A stretch of 64,000 bases of DNA. Source: Verrucomicrobiales bacterium (lineage in GTDB: Bacteria; Verrucomicrobiota; Verrucomicrobiia; Verrucomicrobiales; DEV007). Each line of letters begins with the position of its first letter. Position 1 is the stretch's first letter. Under the pieces are notes generated by a model. That model was not told the origin of the DNA. It saw nothing but the letters and a program-made list of their open reading frames with translations, and searched no databases. Shown here in pieces: positions 20,375-30,135 of this stretch. A program made the position numbers and the translations under genes. The DNA lies in the NCBI GenBank assembly GCA_048267005.1, contig JBLWYI010000013.1, positions 118,455-182,454 on the forward strand. The letters run 5' to 3'.

Positions 20375-21871
20375 ATGATCCCGTTCACACCTATGAAAAC
20401 CTCCCTTTCTTTTCTCTTACTCTTTTGCCTGATCGGATTGCGGGCAAACGCCGCTGACACCCCCAACATCGTTCTCATCATGGCCGATGATCTGGGCTGG
20501 GCCGATATCGGCTGCAACGGCAACGACTTTATCGAAACCCCCAACATCGACAAGCTCGCCACCGACGGTATGCGCTTCACAAACTTCTACGCCGCCGGAG
20601 CCGTTTGTTCCCCGACCCGCTGCGCCATCCAGTCCGGGCAGAATCAGGCCCGTATCGGTATCACCGCCCATATCCCCGGGCACTGGCGCCCCTTCGAGCG
20701 GGTGCAAACACCGCTCACGACGATGGCGCTCCCACTCGACACCGTCACCATCGCAGAATCTTTCAAAAAAGCGGGTTACACCACCGGTTACATCGGTAAA
20801 TGGCATCTGGGGAACGCTCCGCAGTTTCAGCCGGAACATCAGGGCTACGACTGGACGGCCGTGGTGGGTGGGCCGCACCTGCCGGGTAAATTCCGGGTCC
20901 AGTACGGGGCAAAAGATATCAAGCCAAAGCCCGGACAGTTCCGGACCGAGTTTGAAGCCGACCTCTCTGACCAGTTTGTCACGGCGAATAAAGACAAGCC
21001 CTTCTTCCTCATGGTGTCGCCCTATGCTGTTCATATTCCGCTGGCAGGAGAATCCGGGCTCGTTGCCAAATATGAGGAGAAAGCCGCAGCCACCAAGCGC
21101 GAGCTTCCTCATCCCGTTTATGCTTCCATGACCGAGCAGCTCGATACCATGGTCGGCCGGATCATTGATTCCATTGAAGCCAATGGCCTCACCGGAAAGA
21201 CCATGATCGTCTTCACCTCCGACAATGGAGGTCTTTATCGCCGCTACGACTACACCCCCGAAGCCGATGACAACGTCACCTCCAACGCCCCGCTGCGGGG
21301 AGAGAAAGGACAGCTTTACGAAGGCGGAATCAGAGTGCCGCTTGTGGTGAAATACCCGCCCATGGTGAAAGCCGGCACCACCTCCGAAGCCATCACCATC
21401 AGTCACGACTTCTACCCGACCTTTGTCGAAATGGCCGGGGGCACACTTCCTTCCACCCAGACGATAGACGGCGTTAGCTTTCTCCCTGCCCTGAAAGACG
21501 GCGGGGCCAAGCTGGCCCGCAATGCGATCCACTTTCATTACCCGCACTACCATCATCATCGTCCCGCCGGAGCCATCCGCGAGGGTGACTGGAAGCTGAT
21601 CCAGTATCTGGATAACACCGGGGAAGTGGAACTCTACAACCTCGCTACCGACATCGGCGAAACCAAAGACCTCAGCAAAGAGAAGGCTGGGCGCGCAGCT
21701 GATCTGACAAAGAAGCTGAAAGCCTGGCAGACTGATGTGTCCGCCCGCATGCCGATCATCAATCCGCACTATGACGAAAGCCGTGCCGCTGAGTGGTGGA
21801 GTCTACGCACCGGTCAGCCAATCGACAGCACTTCCCGCAAACGGTTTCCGCCCACCGAGAAAGACCTCTAG
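20375..21871 (+). CDS. Sulfatase (secreted)
   Basis: Signal peptide; 'CSPTRCAIQSGQ' sulfatase motif. Confidence 0.9.
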   Translation: MIPFTPMKTSLSFLLLFCLIGLRANAADTPNIVLIMADDLGWADIGCNGNDFIETPNIDKLATDGMRFTNFYAAGAVCSPTRCAIQSGQNQARIGITAHIPGHWRPFERVQTPLTTMALPLDTVTIAESFKKAGYTTGYIGKWHLGNAPQFQPEHQGYDWTAVVGGPHLPGKFRVQYGAKDIKPKPGQFRTEFEADLSDQFVTANKDKPFFLMVSPYAVHIPLAGESGLVAKYEEKAAATKRELPHPVYASMTEQLDTMVGRIIDSIEANGLTGKTMIVFTSDNGGLYRRYDYTPEADDNVTSNAPLRGEKGQLYEGGIRVPLVVKYPPMVKAGTTSEAITISHDFYPTFVEMAGGTLPSTQTIDGVSFLPALKDGGAKLARNAIHFHYPHYHHHRPAGAIREGDWKLIQYLDNTGEVELYNLATDIGETKDLSKEKAGRAADLTKKLKAWQTDVSARMPIINPHYDESRAAEWWSLRTGQPIDSTSRKRFPPTEKDL

Positions 21872-21989
21872 GAAACCAAAACAGAGAACCAAAGTAGAGC
21901 GGGGGCATCCTCCGCTCCGCAGTTTGCGCATCTTGTATTCGAAGGCACCTCGCCGGACCGCGAGTTGCCCACTCGCGTCAATGCCAAAA

Positions 21990-22032
21990 CGATCAGACCC
22001 TGTTCGTTCATCGGTCAGACCCTGTTGGATCG
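21990..22032. repeat. REP-like repeat, two copies in reverse orientation ('cagaccctgttcg', 'cagaccctgttggatcg')
   Basis: Lies between convergent sulfatase and DUF1501 genes. Confidence 0.6.
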
Positions 22033-22043
22033 TAAAGCCTCGA

Positions 22044-23285
22044 TCACTCCAGCCCTGTCATGGTCCCGGTCCCGGAGGCGAACTCACCGGTTTCCAACCC
22101 CAGGTTCTGCATCATGCTGACGAACAGATTCGGTAGCGGGTAGTTCTTTCTCGCATCGAAGGCGAGGTGCTGACCGTGTTTGAAACCTCCGCCGGCCAGA
22201 AGCACGGGCAGGTTGGTTGTGATGTGGCCACTGGCATTGCCGAGGTTGCTGCCCATGAGCACCTGGGTGTTATCGAGCAAGGTCCCGGCGCCATCCGCCG
22301 TCTCTTTGAGGCTTTCGATAAATTCTACCCATGCCTGAATCACACCGCGGTCAATCACTTCGAGCTGACGCATCATGTCCGGGTTCTTGCCGTGATGAGA
22401 CAACCCGTGATACCCCATGGATACGCCCGGTAGCGGCGGGACAAGTCCATGACTGGGGCCGCCGAAAGCCACGACCCTGGTGGAGTCTGTCGCGAGGGCC
22501 AGACGGATGACTTCGAAGTGCGACTGCATCCAGGTGACAATATCGCCGGAGCCAACATTGGCTGGCGGTTTGGCATCGACGACCGGCTTCGGTGTCTCAA
22601 GCCAGCGCTCGGATTTGGTCAGGCGATTCTCGGTCTCACGGACTGCGGTGAAGAACTGATCGAGCTTCTCACGGTCGGCACGGGAGATCTTCTTCTGCAT
22701 CGAGTTGGCCTCTTCCAGTACGGTGTCGAGGATGCTGTGCCCGTCATTGATTTGCTGCTTCTGCTCACTGAGATCTTTCTCGGTGCCGGACATAAACAGC
22801 TTCTCAAATACTTTAGCGGGTGACTTTTCCTGCGGAATTGAAACGCCGTTTGCGGTCCATGAAAGGCTGCGGTCGCCCACCGTGAGTGATGAAAAACGTG
22901 TCGCGTCTCCGATCGATTTGGCGACCACTTGATCCATCGATATCGTATTCTTAAACCCGCGTGCTCCGGGATGGGGAGCGGCCGTGAGAAAAGATTTCTC
23001 GGCTGCGTGACCGCCATCGACAAGCGGATGGCTCACACCCGAAATCACTGTGAAATCATCGCGCAGGTGATCAGCGGCTTTCAAATAAGCACTCGTCTCG
23101 TAGCCGCGTCCGGCGGTCTTCGGGAAGAACGGCTCCGGCAGAAAACCAAGCGGGATATTGACAGCGACCATCCGCTTGGTGGCAGAGGCGGCTGCGCCGA
23201 AGGATTCCAGTGCGGGCAATGCCATGCTGACACCTACCCCCCGGAGGAATTGGCGACGGTCGAGACTGGAGAGTTTCTGTTTCAT
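22044..23285 (-). CDS. DUF1501 family protein (Tat-secreted; sulfatase-like fold)
   Basis: Twin-arginine signal 'LDRRQFLRGVGVSMALPAL'; ATGA overlap with the upstream PSD gene. Confidence 0.9.
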   Translation of the reverse strand: MKQKLSSLDRRQFLRGVGVSMALPALESFGAAASATKRMVAVNIPLGFLPEPFFPKTAGRGYETSAYLKAADHLRDDFTVISGVSHPLVDGGHAAEKSFLTAAPHPGARGFKNTISMDQVVAKSIGDATRFSSLTVGDRSLSWTANGVSIPQEKSPAKVFEKLFMSGTEKDLSEQKQQINDGHSILDTVLEEANSMQKKISRADREKLDQFFTAVRETENRLTKSERWLETPKPVVDAKPPANVGSGDIVTWMQSHFEVIRLALATDSTRVVAFGGPSHGLVPPLPGVSMGYHGLSHHGKNPDMMRQLEVIDRGVIQAWVEFIESLKETADGAGTLLDNTQVLMGSNLGNASGHITTNLPVLLAGGGFKHGQHLAFDARKNYPLPNLFVSMMQNLGLETGEFASGTGTMTGLE

Positions 23286-25648
23286 GGCTGTGAGAAAAGC
23301 GGGCTGGTGATGATGTTGGAAATCAAGGTTCGCAGACCGCTGCCGTCGGCTTTGGTTTTTTCGACGATGGCTGCGATGGCGGGACGATCAGAAAAACCAA
23401 GTTCACGGCCGAGGGCATAGGTGGCGATCCGTTCGGTCAAACATTTGGCAAATTGATCTGAATCAGCCATCAGGAGAGCTTTGAAGTCTTCGATGGTGGT
23501 GAATGCCTCCCCGGTCGAGAGATTTCCCGAAGCATCCACCGGCTTGGCTTTGATAACCTTCCCCCATCCCTTTTCCGGGTGCTCGGCATGGACTTTAAAC
23601 TGTAAATAATTCTCCCGATACCCCCCGATCGGATCGAAGCTTTCCAGGGCAAAACCGGGCGGATCGATGTATTGATGACAGCCCGCGCAGCTTTCGGAGT
23701 CCCGGTGCAAATCCAACTGCTCACGAATAGTCGTGGCTTCGCGGATATCGGGTTCGATGCCTGCGATGTTTGGCGGTGGCGGTGGAATGTGTTTCCCGAG
23801 AATGTTTTCCAAAACCCAGACACCGCGAATCACGGGGGAGGTGTTGGTTCCGTTGGCTGTCACTTTTAAAACTGCGGCCTGCGTCAGAACGCCGCCTCTC
23901 ACACTGTCCTCAGGCAGTTTGACTGGCTGCATCTCGATCCCGCGGGTTTTATCCATCCCGTAGTGCTCCGCCAGGCGGCGATTCAGCATCACGAAATCGG
24001 AATCAATAAAATTTGTAATCGGAAGGTCGTCAGTCAGCAGCTTGGTGAAGAATGAGCGCGATTCATTGACCATGCTGATTTGCAAAAGCTCATCGAATTC
24101 CGCATACAGCTTTCGGTCAGGTGTGGTGTCGTCAATTTCGCGAAGCTTGAGCCATTGATCCGTGAAGTTCTCAATAAAGCGGTCAGTTTTAGGATCGCGC
24201 AACATGCGCTCCGCTTCGCCGGCCAGCGTAGGCGGATCGAGCAGTTTCCCGGCGTCCGCCACGGTCAGCAGAGCTTCGTCCGGCATCGAGTTCCACAAGA
24301 AATACGACAACCGCGAGGCCAGTTCATGATTAGAGATCTGATGGTGGGCCGGAGTTGTATTTGGTTCGTCAGAAGAGCCATTCCGTCCGACAGAGGATTC
24401 CTCCCTCAGATACAGAAAGTTCGGCGAGCACAAGACTGCCTCAAGGCCAACCCGGAGACTGTCGATGAAAGGCCTGTCATTGGAGAGGGCGTTTTCCACC
24501 AGCGAAAGGGGACGGGCAACTTCTTCATCAAAAACCGGTCGGCGATAGGCGCGGGGCATTAACTTTCGCAAGACACGCTCCGCATCCGCCAGTGTGCCGT
24601 TTTCCAGATTCACGCCGCCCAACAGTTGCGTGTGACTTTTCGGAGGCCAGGTGTCAACAAGGGGGCCGGTGATTTCGACCTCGCTGAAACCAACGCCGGG
24701 GTGCGAACTCTTGTCTGCGTCTTTGATCCACGTCGGCAATCCCTGAGCAAAGAATTGGATCGCGAATTTTTCGTCGAGCACCGCTTCAATCTCAAAAGTC
24801 CGGGGTTCAGTCGTGGCATCGAAATAGCCGAGTGTTTTATGAATCGCACCGACTGAGTTAAAATCCGAGGCATCGATAGAAAAGGTGATCGGCTCGTCCG
24901 TATTGACCGCTGCGGCGGAAAATTTGAATCGATAGCGCCCGCGCTCGGGCAGTCTTGCCTTTCGGGTCGAAATTTTGCTGTATTGCCCTTTGTCACTGAG
25001 GAAAGCGGTCACCCGGCCATCGATCAGCGCGTATTGTTTGCCAAGGTACTGGTTCACTTCGTAAAGCGAATCGGTCGTAACGGTCTTGGTCTCCGGTTTC
25101 GGCCCGGTTTGAATCGCCTCATCGAGGGCGCGCCGCGCCGCTTCCAGATAGCGCTCGAAAAGCTCCGCCGAAATGGCCAGAGCCGCACCGTTGTTGTCAA
25201 AACCGCCTGCGGATTGGTCTTCCGGGAGCAAGTCCTTCAGTTCCACCTCGATGCCGAGCAAATCGTGCATCGTGTTCTCGTATTCGACGCGATTGAGCCG
25301 CCGTTGGACCACTTCGCGCCGGGCGGAGTCCGCTTCGGCCAATTTCGGGCGAATCCATTCCAGAAATGCACTCTTTTCCGCCGATTCGGGGCGTTTTTTC
25401 TTTTTCGGGGGCATCTCCCCGTGATCGACCCGGTCAAATATGGCCGTCCATTGGTCCACATCTTTTGCGCCGGCGATCTCCGCCTTCACCGCAGAATAAA
25501 GGTCCAGTCCGCCTTTTGCCGTCACATCGTCATGGCACTCCACGCAGTGTTTTTCCAAAAAAGGCCAGGCCGTGTCGTCAAAGTCAGCTGCGCTCACGCA
25601 AGGGGCTGCGATGCAGGCGATGAGGACTGGTATTGAGAGACATTTCAC
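23282..25648 (-). CDS. Planctomycete DUF1592/DUF1595/DUF1587/DUF1588-type protein with N-terminal cytochrome-like domain
   Basis: Signal peptide; 'CVECHDD' motif; 788 aa; classic partner of DUF1501. GTG start at 25648 (no in-frame ATG upstream of the signal peptide). Confidence 0.85.
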   Translation of the reverse strand: MKCLSIPVLIACIAAPCVSAADFDDTAWPFLEKHCVECHDDVTAKGGLDLYSAVKAEIAGAKDVDQWTAIFDRVDHGEMPPKKKKRPESAEKSAFLEWIRPKLAEADSARREVVQRRLNRVEYENTMHDLLGIEVELKDLLPEDQSAGGFDNNGAALAISAELFERYLEAARRALDEAIQTGPKPETKTVTTDSLYEVNQYLGKQYALIDGRVTAFLSDKGQYSKISTRKARLPERGRYRFKFSAAAVNTDEPITFSIDASDFNSVGAIHKTLGYFDATTEPRTFEIEAVLDEKFAIQFFAQGLPTWIKDADKSSHPGVGFSEVEITGPLVDTWPPKSHTQLLGGVNLENGTLADAERVLRKLMPRAYRRPVFDEEVARPLSLVENALSNDRPFIDSLRVGLEAVLCSPNFLYLREESSVGRNGSSDEPNTTPAHHQISNHELASRLSYFLWNSMPDEALLTVADAGKLLDPPTLAGEAERMLRDPKTDRFIENFTDQWLKLREIDDTTPDRKLYAEFDELLQISMVNESRSFFTKLLTDDLPITNFIDSDFVMLNRRLAEHYGMDKTRGIEMQPVKLPEDSVRGGVLTQAAVLKVTANGTNTSPVIRGVWVLENILGKHIPPPPPNIAGIEPDIREATTIREQLDLHRDSESCAGCHQYIDPPGFALESFDPIGGYRENYLQFKVHAEHPEKGWGKVIKAKPVDASGNLSTGEAFTTIEDFKALLMADSDQFAKCLTERIATYALGRELGFSDRPAIAAIVEKTKADGSGLRTLISNIITSPLFSQP

Positions 25649-25717
25649 AGATTGAATCGTCTCTCAGGCCGCAATTTTCGTCAAGATCGTGAAATGGCTC
25701 AATCGGGCTGGCTGGAC

Positions 25718-26070
25718 GTGAATGGTCGTGACGGCAACCCGCTTCTGCTGCGGAAGAAGTGAATGGTCATGGTGGCAACTCGCTTCTGCTGCGGAAGAAG
25801 CGAATGGTCACGGTGGCAACTCGCTTCTGCTGCGGAAGAAGTGAATGGTCGTGGTGGCAACTCGCTTCTGCTGCGGAAGAAGCGAATGGTCATGGTGGCA
25901 ACTCGCTTCTGCTGCGGAAGAAGTGAATGGTCATGGTGGCAACTCGCTTCTGCTGCGGAAGAAGTGAATGGTCATGGTGGCAACTCGCTTCTGCTGCGGA
26001 AGAAGCGAATGGTCATGACGGCAACTCGCCTCTGCTGCGGAAGAAGTGAATGGTCATGATGGCAACTCGT
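25718..26070. repeat. Tandem array, 41-bp unit, ~8.6 contiguous copies ('gtgaatggtcatggtggcaactcgcttctgctgcggaagaa')
   Basis: Directly visible; units abut with no spacers, with a few point variants (c/t, a/g) between copies; sits in a divergent intergenic region. Confidence 0.95.
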
Positions 26071-26595
26071 TAGTAATGAGCCTTTTGTGTGTTGAGAGCC
26101 TGAACAGACGGGCTGGCTTGGACTTTTTCCTATGGTCCGACGCAGTTAAAGTTGAATTCGTTGAAAAACAGAACGGATTTTGGTGGTTAATGCGTTAATC
26201 AAAAGCAGGTTATAACCTTTGTTGAGTCTGTCTTGATTCCCCCTCAAACCAACCTGTTGCTGCGGTGAGTCGCCGTCCTCTCCCGCCGATATCACTTACG
26301 TAATTGTCCCGGCCGCCTCCCAAACAGGTGATTTGGCTGTGATATTTCTGGAAAATGGCTGTTTTCGGAGGCTGAAAGTCAAAATCGGCCCGTTGTGGCT
26401 ATTCGGATTTCCTTGCCAAAAGGGAGCGATTTCGTCATTCTGGCGTCATTACGTGGCACTTGTTTCCGCAGGGGTCCCTCTTGCTTAACCGCGCTTCGTA
26501 ACTATGTTTCTACTGGGTTGGTGTAATCTCGAGGCACCCATGCATTCCGAGATTTGTTCTGATCCTGTAAACTGTTTCAAGTTCCCTTCGACGTC

Positions 26596-29500
26596 ATGAA
26601 AAATCGTCCCACTCGCTCCTGCCTCAGCATTGCCGTATCCATATTAACGATTGGAGCCGTCCAGGCTGCGGATGACAAAAAAGCTGCGGCTGAAAAAATC
26701 ACTTATCAGGATCATGTGCTTCCTATTCTGGAAAACCGCTGCCTGAACTGCCACAACCCGGATGAAGCCAAGGGCGGACTCGACCTGTCTTCCTATGGCG
26801 CAACCATGAATGGTGGTTCCGGTGGTGAAGTGGTCATTTCCGAAGATGCAAACAGTTCGCGTCTCTACACGCTGACAGCTCATATTGAGACACCCAAGAT
26901 GCCGCCAGAGAAGCCAAAGTCTCCAGACAAAGAGCTCGAGACGATCAAGAAATGGATCGATGGCGGTCTGCTGGAAACGGCAAGTTCGAAAGCGAAGAAG
27001 TCGGACAAGCCCAAGCTGGATATGAATTTGATCACTTCGGTTGGTAAGCCGGAGAACCCCGCGATGCCGGAGCACTTGATTCTCGAGCCTGCGTTGGTGA
27101 CGGATCGTCCAAACTCGGTTCCGGCCATTGCGCACAGCCCGTGGGCTCCGATCCTTGCGGTGGCGGGTCAGAAGCAGGTGTTGCTCTATCACTCTGAAGA
27201 TTTCGATCTGCTGGGCGTTCTCCCTTACCCGGAAGGATTTCCGCAGTCGCTGAACTTTTCATCAAACGGATCGCTCCTCTCATGTGGTGGCGGTCGCGGT
27301 GGCAAATCGGGATCGGTTGTCGCCTGGGATGTAAAAACCGGTGAGCGGGTTATCGAAGTGGGAAAAGAATTCGATATTGTTTTGGGATCTGACATCTCAG
27401 CTGATCATCGCCGCGTGGTCATGGGGGGACCGGGCAAGAATATTAAGATTTGGGATACCGTTGCCGGCGAGCAGGTCAGCACGATTAAGAAGCACCCGGA
27501 CTGGATGTTGACGGCTGATATTTCTCCGGACGGAGTCCTTTTTGCGACAGGTGGTCGGAATTCGGGCCTTTATATATGGGAGACAGCAACCGGGCTGGAA
27601 TTTTACACCCTGAAGGGACACACCGGGGCCGTGACGGACCTGGCCTGGCGTCCGGACGGAAACGTTCTTGCATCGGTTTCCGAAGATGGACAGGCGATAC
27701 TCTGGGAAATGAATGAGGGCAAGCAGGTCAAAAAGTGGGCAGCCCACAGTGGCGGTGCGCTTGCGGTCGATATCGCCCCGGATGGAACGATTGCGACGGT
27801 GGGGCGTGATAAGAACCTGAAACTCTGGAAGGCCGATGGTGCGGCATTGAAAACGGTCGCGGCGAGTGATGACATTGTGATGAGCGTTGCTTTCTCTCAG
27901 GACAGCAAGCGGGTGATTACCGGTGATTACTCAGGAAACATCAAGGTTTGGAACATTGCGGACGGGGTGGAGCTGGCCAAGCTGGATTCGAATCCGCCAA
28001 CGATCGATCAGCAGCTTGCCTACTCGACGAAGCGGATTGCAGAAGTCCGCGGCAACCTTCCGAAGTTGCAGGAAGGCATCAAGGCGGCCGGCACGGAATT
28101 GACCGCTGCCACCGCCAAGGCAGGAGAAGTGAATAAGGCTTTTTCAGAGGCTGCCGGCAAAAAAGGGGCCGCAGAAAAGTTGGTCGCGACTCTGGATGGA
28201 CAGGTCAAGACTTACACGGCGCAGGTTCAGGCTGCGCAGAAGAACGTGGCGGCCAAAGCGGCTGATGCGAAGGCGAAGACAGATGCTTACAACGCCACGG
28301 TGACCGCACAGACAGAGGCGAAGAATGAGGTCACTAAGTGGACCGGGGCTTTCCAGAAAGCAGAAGCAGCCGCGAAACAGGCGGCGACGAATTTAGCAGC
28401 CGCCAAAGCTGCGGCTGAAAAACCCATGCTGGATGCGGCGACGCAAAAAGCGTTAACGGATGCCGTGAACGGCTACAACGCAGCGGATGCCGCCAAAAAG
28501 CAGGCAGATGCGAAGGTTGCTCAGGCAAAAGCGGCTGATGATGCCGCGAATCAAAAGCTGGCTGCGGCGAACAAGGCCAAGGCTGATAATGCCGCCAAGG
28601 TCACTGCGGCGACGGCAGCGGCAAAGAAAGCGGCTGATGCGCTGGCTGCCGCTTCCCAAAACGGTGCTGTTCCCCCTGCTCCGGTTGTTCAAGCTGATGC
28701 CGCTGCGAAGAAAGCCCTGCAGCAATCCCAGGCGGCATTGAACACGGCTTCTCAAGCGCAAGTGGCGGCACAAAATGCCAGGAACGCGACAGCGAAACAA
28801 CTCGCTGATGCCACTGCACTTCAGGCACCGGCTGCGAAGAAGCTGGCTGATGCGGGCGCGGCTCTGAAGCCGTTGCGCGAGAAAGAGGCGGCGGCAAAAG
28901 CGGTGCTTGATAAGGCGAAGGCTCTTTTGGCCCAGCGCACGACTGAGAATGCGGCTGCGGCGAAGGCACTGGCTGATAACAAAGCGCAACTGGACAATGC
29001 GAATAAGAATATCGCGGCCGCAGACGCCAAAGTGAAGTCGGCTCTGGGTGCCCGTGATGCGGCGAATGTCGCATCAAAAGCTGCCAGCGATGATCTGGCT
29101 GCGAAGAATAAGACTTTGGCGGATGCCAATACCAAACTGAAGACTTCAAAAGAGGAAGTCGCAAAGCTTACCGCTCTGGTTGATAATTTGACGAAGCAGA
29201 AAGAAGCCAGCGCAAAACTGGTCGCTGCAATCCAGAAGAAAGAGGCGGACGCCAAGAAGTCTGTCGAAGTCGCTCAGATGGAAGTTCAGACGAACGAGTT
29301 TCTGGTTAAGAAGTTCACTGCAGCAGCCATCAATCTGGATGCGAAGGAGCAGGCTGAAGAACTCGTGGAAATGACCGAGGAACTTGAGGAGAAAGTCGTG
29401 GAAGTGGCTGAAGCGAGTGAGGAATTCAAGAAAGCGGCTCAATCCCGTGCCGCTGCCGAGAAGACGCTCGCGGATGCGAAGAAGACCGTTGATGAAGGGA

Positions 29501-30090
29501 AGAAAGAGCTTTCGATGACTTCTTCCAACGTTCTCGAGAAAGCGATGCGACTTGCCGCGGCCCGTGCGGTGGCTGAAGTTCGTGCGGATGTGATTGGTGA
29601 AGTGGCCAGCGATGTTGAGCCGGACACCGACGCGAATCCTGAAACTGCAAATGCGGTTGCTGAAGGGGACATGCCGAAGGCCGACACAGAGGAGGAGGCA
29701 CCTATGGATCCCGATGAAGCCGAGGTGGTTGCCGTGGCTGCGGATGCGCTCTTGACTAAGAAATCACGTGAAGAGATCGAGAAAGAAATCGACGACTTGC
29801 GTGCCCGTCTCCAGACGCTGGAGGGTGTGATTCGTGAATCCTATGACAAGGCGGATAAGACTCATGAAACCGTGATGAAAGCCTCTGACGTCGCGGCGAA
29901 GACTCCGAAAGTGATTGAAGAGCGTGCCAGAATTGAGTCCATGAAAGCTCAGGAGAAACAAAAGATTGAGCAGGCAAAAGCACAGCAGGAAAAGGCTGTG
30001 GGCGATCAGAAGTCTAAGATTGAGTCATTGAAGAAGAAATATCTCGAGTCGGTTCCCAAGCGGGATGAGATCAAAAAGCCGGTCGAATAA
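26596..30090 (+). CDS. Large secreted protein: planctomycete cytochrome c-like domain + WD40 beta-propeller + ~700-aa Ala/Lys-rich coiled coil
   Basis: Signal peptide; 'CLNCHNPDEAKGGLDLSSY'; WD40-type repeats ('ILWEMNEG', 'KLWKADG', 'IKVWNIADG'); long AAKA/EAAK low-complexity helical region. Confidence 0.85.
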   Translation: MKNRPTRSCLSIAVSILTIGAVQAADDKKAAAEKITYQDHVLPILENRCLNCHNPDEAKGGLDLSSYGATMNGGSGGEVVISEDANSSRLYTLTAHIETPKMPPEKPKSPDKELETIKKWIDGGLLETASSKAKKSDKPKLDMNLITSVGKPENPAMPEHLILEPALVTDRPNSVPAIAHSPWAPILAVAGQKQVLLYHSEDFDLLGVLPYPEGFPQSLNFSSNGSLLSCGGGRGGKSGSVVAWDVKTGERVIEVGKEFDIVLGSDISADHRRVVMGGPGKNIKIWDTVAGEQVSTIKKHPDWMLTADISPDGVLFATGGRNSGLYIWETATGLEFYTLKGHTGAVTDLAWRPDGNVLASVSEDGQAILWEMNEGKQVKKWAAHSGGALAVDIAPDGTIATVGRDKNLKLWKADGAALKTVAASDDIVMSVAFSQDSKRVITGDYSGNIKVWNIADGVELAKLDSNPPTIDQQLAYSTKRIAEVRGNLPKLQEGIKAAGTELTAATAKAGEVNKAFSEAAGKKGAAEKLVATLDGQVKTYTAQVQAAQKNVAAKAADAKAKTDAYNATVTAQTEAKNEVTKWTGAFQKAEAAAKQAATNLAAAKAAAEKPMLDAATQKALTDAVNGYNAADAAKKQADAKVAQAKAADDAANQKLAAANKAKADNAAKVTAATAAAKKAADALAAASQNGAVPPAPVVQADAAAKKALQQSQAALNTASQAQVAAQNARNATAKQLADATALQAPAAKKLADAGAALKPLREKEAAAKAVLDKAKALLAQRTTENAAAAKALADNKAQLDNANKNIAAADAKVKSALGARDAANVASKAASDDLAAKNKTLADANTKLKTSKEEVAKLTALVDNLTKQKEASAKLVAAIQKKEADAKKSVEVAQMEVQTNEFLVKKFTAAAINLDAKEQAEELVEMTEELEEKVVEVAEASEEFKKAAQSRAAAEKTLADAKKTVDEGKKELSMTSSNVLEKAMRLAAARAVAEVRADVIGEVASDVEPDTDANPETANAVAEGDMPKADTEEEAPMDPDEAEVVAVAADALLTKKSREEIEKEIDDLRARLQTLEGVIRESYDKADKTHETVMKASDVAAKTPKVIEERARIESMKAQEKQKIEQAKAQQEKAVGDQKSKIESLKKKYLESVPKRDEIKKPVE

Positions 30091-30096
30091 GCGGCC

Positions 30097-30135
30097 GGAT
30101 CGACAGGGCAACAGGGTGTGATCGTAAAACGATCG
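30097..30135. repeat. REP-like repeat ('ggatcgacagggcaacagggtgtgatcg')
   Basis: Core CAACAGGGT in the short gap after the WD40 gene stop. Confidence 0.5.

Noticed and set aside
25763-26059. 98-aa ORF (and 25699-25893 minus ORF) with internally repeated peptide 'MVMVATRFCCGRSEWS...'
   Set aside because: It is entirely a translation of the 41-bp tandem array. Periodicity of 3 units (123 nt) is an artefact of the repeat.
25718-26070. Possible CRISPR array (regular short repeats)
   Set aside because: Units are directly contiguous 41-mers with no unique spacers between them. This is a minisatellite, not repeat-spacer architecture. No cas genes nearby.
28453-29255. Several 140-190-aa minus-strand ORFs inside the coiled-coil gene
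   Set aside because: They are mirror translations of the low-complexity Ala/Lys-coding region (Ser/Arg/Leu-rich). There is no independent support.
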